DNA of 63,456 nucleotides, filler included, from Collodictyon triciliatum (Eukaryota): NCBI GenBank assembly GCA_043381765.1. It is 12 parts of 12 records of this genome, joined end to end, with 100 filler letters (N's around TTAATTAATTAA, not from the genome) between each part and the next. Parts side by side here need not be neighbours in the genome. Positions count along the whole stretch, not along the records: positions 1 to 3,862 come from JBHJMP010005058.1; positions 3,963 to 9,610 come from JBHJMP010005059.1; positions 9,711 to 15,343 come from JBHJMP010005060.1; 9 more parts are not named here. One strand, given 5' to 3'. The notes beneath the pieces were generated by a model. That model was not told the origin of the DNA and searched no databases. It was given only the letters and a program-made list of their open reading frames with translations. Below are positions 1-10,452 of this stretch, one piece after another. Position 1 is the first letter of the stretch. The number at the start of each line of letters is the position of its first letter. The position numbers were made by a program, and so were the translations under genes.

Positions 1-344
1 TTTTTCTATCTTTTTCTTGTCTGTGATTTTCAAGACATCATCATCAATTTATTAAGGCGCCAGCGTTTGCGAATAAAACGGGGTGGAAGACGCAAGCATT
101 TCGTTGGTGAGGGAAACGAGTCAATGAAGAAAAGACAGAGAAAAGAGAAATTGAAGGGATAAAAGAGGAAGGAAACGAAAAGGGAGAAAAGGGAGGGAGG
201 GAGGAAGGAGAGACAGGATAGAAGAGGAAGGGGATATAAAGACGAAAACAGAGGGCGGAAGCAGCCAACCAGGGAGTGTGGCTGTGGCTGCGGCTGCGGC
301 TGCGGCTTCGCCTGTGCGGGCGCCAGCGAACACAAGTTGGGGCT

Positions 345-3070
345 TTACTCTGCCAACCCGGTGCTTTCCAGCTTCCAGGCGATGGACGTGACATAGCGGT
401 TTTGGCTCTCTGCCTCGTTGATGTAGGAAGTGGGCCATATGTTGCTGCAGTTGTAGCCTTGCGATGAGGCGCGGCCGGTCAGCTGCGACATGACCACGAC
501 AATCTGCTTGTTTTTCGAGGCCATGGACGTGAGACGCAGGCCGCCAGCCCACAAGCCCTTGATTTCGCTGGCCGGGAATGCGCTCCCGTTCTTGATTATC
601 TGCTTGGTGTAGATGTCTGGGCAATCGGACATGACCACGAGCCAGAAGGTGCCGCACACGCCCAGAGACGTGATAAAGTACTTTTGTTGCATGTAGCTCT
701 CCACCCAGATGGTTGGGAAGGCCTCGCTGAAGGTCATCACCTGGTTGGGCAGCGTGTGCTCCACCTTGGAGACCACCACAACCACGCACGAGTTGTGCAC
801 GTGGCCGGATATGCATGTCACCTTGTAGTTTTCTGTCCGCTTCTTGAGAATCCACTGCTCGGCAGATATGGGCGAGGAGCACTTTTTGATCTGTTGTGAT
901 CGGAATTGAGTGTTTGATGACAGGACGCAGTTCCACAGCGTGCTGCCGTCGGGCTCCTGCGAATGCACCAGTGAGGTTATGTAGAGGCCGTGGTCGCTGC
1001 CCCAGCCTTTCTCCTTCAGCCATTCAATCAAAGTGTTGTAGTCACTTTCTCGCGCAAACTTTTGAATCTGCCCTTCATGGCGGCGGGTGACCGTAAACAC
1101 CCACTGTGCCTTGCGAATGTCTTCACCAAGGATTTCCTGGATGCGCTTTGTAGGTGGGATATAGGCGGCAAGTGGAATTTGTGTGTCCATCTTCTTGGAC
1201 ACTTCCATCGCAGATGATGGGCGTGGCATCATCCATTCGTAAATTCCGTCGTTTGGCAAGCTATTCTTTCTCATTCCCTCCTCCATTAATCTGATGCAAT
1301 CGTTGTAACTCGGCTCTTCGTCAAACCTAAGCCCACGGACATACCTGAGAAAACTTTTTTTTCCCACAATTAGTTCAGTAGTGTCGTACAAATTTTGATA
1401 AGGTGTTTGTTTAAAAGCTGTTATATGAAGAACTGCAAGAATTTTTAAAAAAAAACATTGAATAAAACAAAGGATGCAAAATAGATACGTGAACTAAAAA
1501 AATTATTTAATTATTTTTTTCTGTCTAAAATCTAGATTTTCTGGGAATTTTTTCATCTCTTATGTGTAGTGTGCGTGGAATAATATGCGTATATGCTATT
1601 TTTCATTCCTCGTGTTTGTTTTGTATATTTCGTTCATACTTTTCTCATTTTTTCTCTTGTTATAGCATCGTTTGTGTCTCTTGGTCATCATTTCTATATA
1701 TTTTTCATATAAAATAAACTCACTCTTGATATTGAGCAGGCAGACCCCTGCACAAAAGTTCTATGTTGGTCCTCTTCTTGATTTCTTTAACTTTCAGTCT
1801 TTTTTCATTCTTATCTCCGGTTTGATTTTGCCATTCCAACTTCCCACGAAAGAGATAAACCATGCAATAAATGAGAGACTCCAGATCGTCTCTTCGGGAT
1901 AATTCGTGCTCATCATGCACATTAATGCTGCAGTATCTCAGTGTCCCTGTTATTCCACTGCCTCTCTTTTTGATGGGGATATGATTCCCATCTTCCTTGC
2001 GCCACCGCTGGCTCAAACCAAAGTCAACCAGATACAGTACGTTATTTTCAAGGCCACAGCCAATCATGAAGTTCTCTGGCTTGATGTCTGCATGGATGTA
2101 TCCCGTAAGGTGGAGACTGTGAAGGATTCTGATGGCCTGGATGGTCAGTGAGAGAATAGTTTTGACACAAAACTTTTTCTCGGCCGTGGAATCATGAAGA
2201 GTTTGTAGGCTCTGTCCTAATTGGGTCATCACCAAGAAATGATGCCTATCTGTAGATCCTATCAGAACACTTCTGGGGAAACCCGGGCAAGTCTTCACTA
2301 ACTGTATAATTCAGATAATCGAATCAGTTTGTATGCTTGGCGGCATAGCTCGGCATATAACTCATGGGTACTTTGTGCACAGATTTAAATAATTTGATCC
2401 TTTTTTTCCTTTATTCGATTCAAAGTAAATAATTTGATCCTGTTGTCAAAAATTAAGTGCGACTAATTGTTCTTTGTATTTATGTTAATTTTCATTATTC
2501 TCTTCCTGGTTGTTGTTGTTGCTTCTTTTCAATTTGTGTATGCTATGTCAATTTACTTTGTATCGTTTCTGTTTTAATTGTATCTATGTATAACAAATAA
2601 TAATAAAATTGTTCATTTATATGTGTATTATTACTATGATGATGATTATGATGATTATGATTATGATTGTGATTGTGATTATGATTGTGATTGTGATTAT
2701 GATTATGATTATTCCACCCATTTATTTTTTGCTCAAGTGAATCTTTTATCGCATATATATATATATTTCAGTCCATTAAGATTTATCAACAGAAAACAAA
2801 CTTTGTTGGTTTTTCCAAATCCTGAAAAGACTCACAAACCTGCATAATATCGTTTTCTGTCCGCAAGTGGGGCGGCTTTTGCTTCGGATCAGCCTTTTTC
2901 TCTTCAAACTTCACGGCAAAAGCTTCTCCGTCGATCAGTCTCCGTGCAAGCCGCACTTCCCCAAACGATCCTTTCCCAACCGAATGGTATATGAGAAATT
3001 GCTTCGACAGAACCTCGCCTCCAAGCACCTGACCCTCCAGCGTAAGGCTCTTTGATTCTCCGCTTTGCAT
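345..3070 (-). CDS. Casein kinase 1 family kinase with MUT9/MLK(PPK/AEL)-like C-terminal five-repeat domain; exons 3070-2840, 2301-1724, 1353-345
   Basis: Kinase motifs GKGSFG, AVKFE, HADIKPENF, LVDFGLS, GTLRYCSINVH, SRRDDLESL. GT-AG splicing keeps the frame (231+578+1009 nt). The C-terminus has five ~50-aa repeats (GLYITSL, NYKVTCI, KYFITSL, GLRLTSM, NRYVTSI). Confidence 0.9.
2386..2440 (-). mobile_element. Micro-retroposon copy 1 (CTTTGAATCGAATAAAGGA7) with perfect 15-16 bp TSD, in CK1 intron 1
   Basis: taaataatttgatcc at 2386-2400 and 2426-2440 flanks the insert at 2401-2425. The same insert core recurs on other contigs. Confidence 0.75.
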
Positions 3071-3738
3071 CACTGCTGTCTGATCTTTTCGAGTAGGTAG
3101 GAAACACCCGATCTGGTTTACACTCTGCTGGATTAAGAAAAAAAAATACTTAAGGGGAAAAAAACTTTTGTGTATACAAACAAAAGTGCTTTTTTTTTTT
3201 TTTTTAACAAGCTCAGCATGTTTTTCCTTGTAGAATAATTCCATTTTCACTTCACGAGGGAATTAGAAAAGTATGTCTGTGTAGAGCGATAAAAGAATGC
3301 AATAGTAAAGTGTCTGTCCCTCTCAAAAGCAGGCAGAAACTAGTGTCGACCATGCCACAGACCACCTACGGCTTTTGCTGTGCACCCTTCTTTGCTTAGC
3401 GTTTTTTCGTCTTGCTTCACAGCCAAACTCACATTCACCCTTGTCATGATGTTGTGTCCTTATTCTCTGGATCGAGAGCAGGTGCGGTACCGGTAACAAC
3501 ACTGAAAAGTCGCACAAAAAAAGGCTGAAAGACAAAAAGAAAAAGAAGAGGCAAAAAGGAAGAAGAAGGAAAGAAAGAAGAAGGAAAGAAAGAACAAAAA
3601 AAGGCCTGGCAAAGGCATCCATCCTTAATCTGTCCGCAAGTGAAACCCGCATCAATGATCAAAGTCTGCAGTGAATCTGCAACGCGTATAGGAAAGGGAG
3701 AGGGAATCTGTCGACTGATTTGGTATGAACTCGCAAGG

Positions 3739-3861
3739 TTAGCTTTTATGAGGTCGCAGCAGCCTCAAAAGTGCGTTTGCCGAGCCCACCTTCACTTTTG
3801 CGTCGTACTGGGCCACATCAAAGTCGCCCTCGGCCTCACCCCATTGCTTGGCCTGGAAGAT
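3739..3861 (-). CDS. ATP12: ATP12/ATPAF2 F1-ATPase assembly chaperone, C-terminal fragment (cut by contig end)
   Basis: Reads IFQAKQWGEAEGDFDVAQYDAKVKVGSANALLRLLRPHKS*, matching the recalled ATP12 C-terminal Q..kWG.vE..hD pattern. Confidence 0.6.
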   Translation of the reverse strand: MFQAKQWGEAEGDFDVAQYDAKVKVGSANALLRLLRPHKS

Positions 3862-3862
3862 T

Positions 3863-3962
3863 NNNNNNNNNNNNNNNNNNNNNNNNNNNNNNNNNNNNNN
3901 NNNNNNTTAATTAATTAANNNNNNNNNNNNNNNNNNNNNNNNNNNNNNNNNNNNNNNNNNNN
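3863..3962. other. Artificial 100-nt contig spacer (N-TTAATTAATTAA-N); recurs at 9611, 15344, 21077, 26808, 32536, 38263, 43995, 49721, 55445, 61166
   Basis: Identical all-frame-stop linker inside N runs. The flanking microsatellites and genes do not match across spacers. Confidence 0.97.
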
Positions 3963-4085
3963 TATTGTATTTGTATTGTATTTGTATTGTATTTGTATTG
4001 TATTTGTATTGTATTTGTATTGTATTTGTATTGTATTTGTATTGTATTTGTATTGTATTTGTATTGTATTTGTATTGTATTTATT
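3963..4085. repeat. 11-bp tandem repeat (TATTGTATTTG)n at contig start
   Basis: Seen directly in the sequence. Confidence 0.9.
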
Positions 4086-4103
4086 TGGCAAACATTCCAA
4101 AAG

Positions 4104-6863
4104 ATGAGCGAAGGAGAACGACTTAACCGGAGGGATTGGGAAACCAAAGCTTTGAATCCTGCCGTCCAAGCCTTAAATGAGGTTCTAAACTCTTCTTTCC
4201 TTTCCTTTGTTTAATTTCTATTCTTTTGCATGTCTGGCTTCAAGATGGACATATGTGTGAGGGATTCAAAAACACAAACGAATCTCAGTTTTTTCATACA
4301 TGCATCTGACCTCAACACCTGGACCTCCCTTTTCTCTTTTCTGTATTATTCTTTAATTTCTTTTTTGGTTTGTCTTATAGCGTTTTAAGACCACCTGCGA
4401 GAATCGAGACAAGCTTATCCAGCAGCAAACCGAATATCTGGGCCTGATTCAGAAACTAAAAACACTCGCTGATGAGGTCACCCATCCCGTGATGGTTTGT
4501 TTAAACTGATGATATGTCTTGCGAGGTTAAATATGACCGCAAAATCTATTATTCTTTCTAGTATTATGATGCAATGAAAATGGTCTATATGTATATACAT
4601 TCATCTTGCCCTAGGCTTATTTAGTGTACATCATGCTCCCTTTCTTTTTCTTTTCTTGTAATCAAATTTTATGCATTTAATCATCGTAATTTCTCACATA
4701 GCTCTCTTTTATATCACAGGTTCCCATAGGCTCTATTGCATTCATGCCTGGAAAACTGATTCACACAAATGAAATTAAAGTTTTTTTGGGAGAAAACTAT
4801 TTTGCAGAGACTTCCACAAAGCACGCAGCCGATATTGCACGGAGGCGGCTGCAGTGTAATGACTATGTTTTTATCCCATGGTATTTCTTTTGGCTCCACT
4901 TCTGGTCTTTATAGTTGCCTCGTATTTTGATATATATCTACCATGCAGTCCTTAGTGAAGAGCTTAATCGCCTTGATAAAGAAAAAGATGAAATAGTCTT
5001 TGAATTAGAGCAGATTGCCGAAATGAAAAGCGAGTTACACGTTAGTATTGTTTATCTTGAATCATTAAACAGAAGTGCTAGAGAATGATTTACTTATATA
5101 TATTATGTTCATATTGTGTATCATGCTCTCTTTTTTTTTTTTTGATTCAAAATCATATTCCTATTATGAGATATGCAGACTGTATATTCTGCTTAGCAAG
5201 CATTCTCAATTTACTCCGTTATGATGAATTTTCTCCAGGGCGCTGTTGATGGTGATGTTTTTGATATTCAAGAGCCTTACACGGAAGAAGATGAGGCCAA
5301 AGACCGTGAAAGATATCCCCATCTCTTCAACCGGGGCGATGCAAGTATTGAATTCTCTTATTCATTTACATAAACAATTCGTCATCATTGCGCTCTATGA
5401 AATGATACTTCTTTCTTCTTTCTTTTTTTTCTCTTAATATCGAAACAGAATCCCAGGCTGAAACATCCAGTAAATCGGAGACTGATTATAGAAGCGCAGA
5501 GGATTCGAACAGGGAAGCAAAATCGTCTGTTGATGCAACCACAAGTCCCAAACCTGTCTCTGAAAGCAAGTCGAGTGCGGCTAAACCCCCTCCGAAGCCA
5601 TTAACCGCCCCGCAGCCCTCAAAAAAGAAAAAGAGTAAGAGAGGCAACAAAGGAAAGCACTTGCACCAAATCCACAAACTTCAAGCAAATGCAGAGGACT
5701 CTGCCTCTCATGATGAAAACGACCCTGAGGATGCAGAAAATGCCAGTAGTGGCGACGAGGAAGACAAGCAGGGACTTAAAGTCAAGTTCTCAAACGTGAG
5801 CGAAAAAAATACATAAATCACTCTGAAGTGGACTCCAACTCTTTCATGCATATGCTATAACGCACATATTTCTCGATTGATTAATTATGCGCTAGTCCTG
5901 AATCGGATTGTGAAAGAGAAATCATTAAATCGATAATTTTAAATTTGAATGCGCCATGTTTCATCCTTTACATTCATTTTTATTTCTATCTTCCTTCTTT
6001 ATTTTTTTAGAACAAAACCTATGATTATATTGAACGCAGGTGAAACTGGGGAAAACATGTGGTGTTGTAACCCAAGTGTCTCCAAAGTCCATTCTCAAAA
6101 AACCACCGCAAACACCAAAAGAATTTTCAGAGGTTTTCTTTCCCTAGATTTTTTGAATGAAAATAGTGAAATCTTGATTGTGTTTTATTTATTTCCAACG
6201 AGTTCACAATAATGCTGTAATTATCGACTTTTAACTTCAATTTCTTTCAAATTCATCCAGTATTTGGAACGCACGAAAGACCGGTACAGCCGTGCCCATG
6301 GTGATATCCAGCCTGACTATATGCCAAGTAACTATCTTCCATACTGCATCACAAACACAACGCCTCTTGTCACTACATTTCGTGATTGCAAACCCGGCAT
6401 ATGCTTGTCCTCCACCACTAAATCGTGTTTATTACCATCGCCCAGTGTACAACCCAAAGGCTTTGGAGTTGAAAAGATTGTCTGATTCCCCGGCATTAAC
6501 ATCACAAAATGCCGACACGGAATCACCGTCTCCGTCTCCGTCTCCATCACCATCACCATCACCATCACCATCACAATCTCCAAATATCGGTCCTGTTTCT
6601 GCCACTGTTGGCAACTCGATGCCGATTGGCGATGTCGTTGTTGAGAGAGATATCCCCGAAATCGCTCCGCTGTCCCTCGAAGTATGCAATATTGAAAAAA
6701 CATCACCACATTCCGAATACCGACTCCAATGATATAATCTTGTGCATGATTTAATGGACTTCTAACCGCAAAACTTGTCCAAATCAAGCCAGCGCAGGTT
6801 CCACCTGCTCAGGAATCTGAGAAGAAAGTGTCCAAGTTTAAGGCTGCACGGCAAAAGAAATAA
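4104..6863 (+). CDS. URI1: Unconventional prefoldin RPB5 interactor (URI1/Bud27), multi-exon
   Basis: Spliced exons give HPVM|VPIGSIAFMPGKLIHTNEIKVFLGENYFAE (alpha-prefoldin/URI signature) and the C-terminal KKVSKFKAARQKK* URI box. Confidence 0.88.
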
Positions 6864-7308
6864 TAACAATAATAATGATAATAATAAGCCATGCGGTTTG
6901 GTCATCAGTTACTCTTTTGGATAGTCTTGTCTTAAGGAGAAAGATGATTACTGACAGACCAACTGGAGAATGGATAGATAGGAACAGATATGCACATCTG
7001 CGAGAGAAGAAAATGATCTAGTTGATGAGAGCATTATTCTTTCTTTTTTCTTTTTTGCTTCTTTTTATTTTAAAATTAATTCATCAGTTTGAATTACATT
7101 AAAAATGAGAATACATCTGATTAATAACTTCAGGAAACATAATGGGGATTCATGCGTTAGTATATTAAATATTAATATATGTCCATACCAAGAAAGATAA
7201 AATTCAAAGCCCATGAAAGAAAGAGTTGGAGGGGGGTAGAATCGAGATGGTGAACTCGAGGCTCTCATTTTTTGTGGGATTAAGGAAGCTCGGCAAGTAT
7301 AGGCTTGG

Positions 7309-9387
7309 CTACTTCAAGCCCCCGAGATGTTTCGCGCAGAAGCATTCCAACTCCCTGAGTTCCTCCGGTAGCGTAAAGTTTCCATCTCCTTCCATGTCGT
7401 ACGAATCCCTCAATGCGGAATCTGCGCCTCTTGTGCGCACTCTGCTGCCTCGGGAGCGCGATACTGGCGTGGATGACTTTGACTGCCAAGCACGTTGCCG
7501 ATCGCCCGATTCGCTCGTTTCTTGCCTTTCGCAGGACTTGTGTCTTCTGGTGTCTGGTATTGTTTCGCAGGGCGAGGCGGAAAGGGAAAGGTTGGGATTT
7601 GAGTAAATGATGTGCTGGTGAAACGAGAAGTCTGCACTTGATGCTGTGCCGTATAATGATAAAGTCTACGAAAACTTAATTATTTTTCTTTTTTTGAAGT
7701 GATTTGAAAAATTAATTATATTACTTGTATCTCTGATTGTCTTTTTTTTAAAAAAAATTATTATTATTTTGATTTAGGTTTAGATTTAGGAGAATGTATA
7801 TTGTAGATTATCCATTTCGTGGATGGTGCCATTACCATTGGTTGGAGTCGATAGTTGTGGACGCATTTTTATTGGCTCTGGGGTTTGGGTTCTGGATTTC
7901 GTGTCTTTCCTCGGGGCAGACGGGAAAACTTGCGGGGAGCCGATCTACGAGTTGATTAGACCACATAACTTGAGAATTAGTGAGTAAGAGTATTGGTAGT
8001 CATTTATTCATTAAGCTAATATTCATTATATTTGTGTTTTGTATCCCCTTTGCTTTGAAGCAAGTCATTAGTTTATCTGAAGCAAGATGCAAACAACAAA
8101 CCTTTGGATAGCGCAGTATTTCTTCTGTGCTGTGCGGTCGCTTCAGTTGTTAGAAAAAAAAAAGCTATCATTATGATAAACCCAAAAATAGTATTGTTTA
8201 TTTTTTATCACAAAAAAAAAAGGAGAAAAAGGAGTGATTTGATGGCATTATCTAAATATTGCACAGAAATTCACTCAGAATTCAAAGTTTTGTTCATGCT
8301 AGTGAATGAATATCATCCATGAGAGAAAAGATAGACAGAGAAAAGGAATGGCACAACGTACCTCACTCTCTGTATGCGTGTGAGACGAAGACAGCATCTG
8401 ACTCGAATGGTTTGTCCGGGACGGGCTGAAACTGTCCGACATTGAGTGGGAAATGATGTCCTGGGCCTCCACCCTCCACTTCTCCAGGCGGGCCTCAACA
8501 TCGGGGCTGATTTGAAGCGTGTCTATGTTTCCCTTCTTGAGTCCTTTCTGAATTGTATGCAGTTGCTCGATGCAGTCTTTATGCTGTGTTGGTTTGGACA
8601 GATCAGACGAAGGGAATAACCGGACCGACGGTTTCTGCTGCACTCGGGTTGGGACAGACTTGAAGGAAAACTTCTCGGCCGATTTTTTGCGCGCATCGAG
8701 TGCCTGTTCGAAGGCGTCAATCTCGTGCAGGGTGACTTCGCGCGTCAGCTCGTTGCGCACTTTTTCGTGAAGAATCGTCACTTCCACAGGATTGAGGGTT
8801 CCTGTTTTCACCACATGCATCGTCCTCCAGAGCGGAGCCTTGGAGTTGCGGATGAACTCTGGAAGTGGGTCAACACGCGCCAGATAAATGTACTTTGTAA
8901 ATAAATGAATAATGCATCGATTTAATCCCATGATTGATTGGACGGATATAAGGATTCATTATAGGAGAATGATTCATGTTTTTGTTTTAATAATTGATAT
9001 CATAAAACTCTTCTGTCAGTGTTGAGAGAGATAATGAGTCCTTGGAGATTAAAGAATATGCATCATATCAGGATGTTTTACAAACACCTAGGAGGCTCGC
9101 ATAGATGATGAAAAGAAAAAAATAAAGCATATCATCGTGTTGGAAGAAATGGGTACACAAGAGAAAAGAATGTATCAAATACTAAAGAAATCACCTCCGA
9201 TTAAGCGCCGATGATTTGGGACTTCCTTGACATCAGTGCGATAGTGTGGGACGGCCTCCGGCTCCGAATGGCCCTCAGCCAGAAACACAGGTTTTTTGGA
9301 TTCGTATAGCCCGGCAGTTTCGGGAGTCACAAACGGGATTCCCAGGTCCGTGGGGAACACAAACGAGGTCGCACGATTTCGGTTCAT
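7309..9387 (-). CDS. Hypothetical multi-exon protein, low complexity
   Basis: Coding-like exons at about 9387-9190, 8880-8360, 7970-7810 and 7650-7309 with GT-AG flanks. Ends ...LPEELRELECFCAKHLGGLK*. No family recognised. Confidence 0.5.
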
Positions 9388-9535
9388 CTTCGCTTCCTTC
9401 GAGTTGGCGCGGCTTCCCTTTTGAAGGGGAGAGTAGGAAATAACGTGGTTGGGTTAAGATACATGAACACTTAAGCGGAGATAACAATGTACATATAAAT
9501 GAACATATGAAACTCAAAAAAAAAAAAAAAAAAAA

Positions 9536-9610
<75 letters not shown>

Positions 9611-9818
9611 NNNNNNNNNNNNNNNNNNNNNNNNNNNNNNNNNNNNNNNNNNNNTTAATTAATTAANNNNNNNNNNNNNNNNNNNNNNNNNNNNNNNNNN
9701 NNNNNNNNNNTTTTTTTTTTTTTTTTGTTTTTTGTTTTTTGTTTTTTGTTTTTTGTTTTTTGTTTTTTGTTTTTTGTTTTTTGTTTTAATCTTTATGTTT
9801 TCCTATATGGGAACGTAC

Positions 9819-10215
9819 ATGCTGATATTCAAGAGGCATTGCGTGCAATTGCCTTCGAGTAGGATTGGGTGGGTGCAGCTGTTGATGATGGCCACAGGAT
9901 TTCCTTTGCCGACCGCGTCCCGCACTTTGAAGAGGGACTCGGCAAAGACGCCTGCGCAACAACCAAGAAAAAGAGTAGGAAATGACTTAGAAGTCGGGGT
10001 CTCAACCTCGCAGGCTGCGCACGCGGCAGATTACCGGAACACGGCGCCAGAATCTCTTCGTCAGCGCCTTCGCCCGAAACTCGCCCGATCGTCTCGCCGG
10101 ACTCCACATATCGATTGCGGCTGCACAACCATTCGCTGAGAATCCCGTCTGCTGGGGCAGAAACCTCGGTCTGCCACTCTTGCCTGCGCCTGCTCTTTGC
10201 GCCTTTCTGCTCCAT
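9819..10215 (-). CDS. FCP1: RNA Pol II CTD phosphatase FCP1, N-terminal exons (rest lost at contig end)
   Basis: Spliced product has a barrel-sandwich-hybrid-like segment (VSAPADGILSEW...APCSGVF) followed by CTHPILLEGNCTQC, the FCP1 C-x-H...C-x2-C motif. Confidence 0.7.
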
Positions 10216-10452
10216 CGTGCCTGCTCCTTTTGTGTGTTTTCGTTTGTCTCCTTTGTTTCCTTTATTTTCTTTGTTTCACAACATTATCATTTGAAGAGAA
10301 AAAATTGAAAAAGAAGGCAAGAAGGAAGGAAGCAGGGAAGGAAAGAACAAAGGCGACCCAGAGGGCCGGTCAAGGACAGCAAAGCGCCCTCCGGCGCAAC
10401 GAGGAGGCTGCTTCATGTTGCGGTCTATGTCTCTCGGGGGCTTTATGAGGGA

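Noticed and set aside
3908-3919. Regularly spaced TTAATTAATTAA motif as a biological repeat or CRISPR-like array
   Set aside because: It is always embedded in N runs totalling 100 nt, so it is an assembly linker.
5338-5458. Additional GC donor (GAT|GCAAGT) in URI1
   Set aside because: Ambiguous: a GT donor 4 nt downstream with a different acceptor also keeps the frame, so it was not counted.
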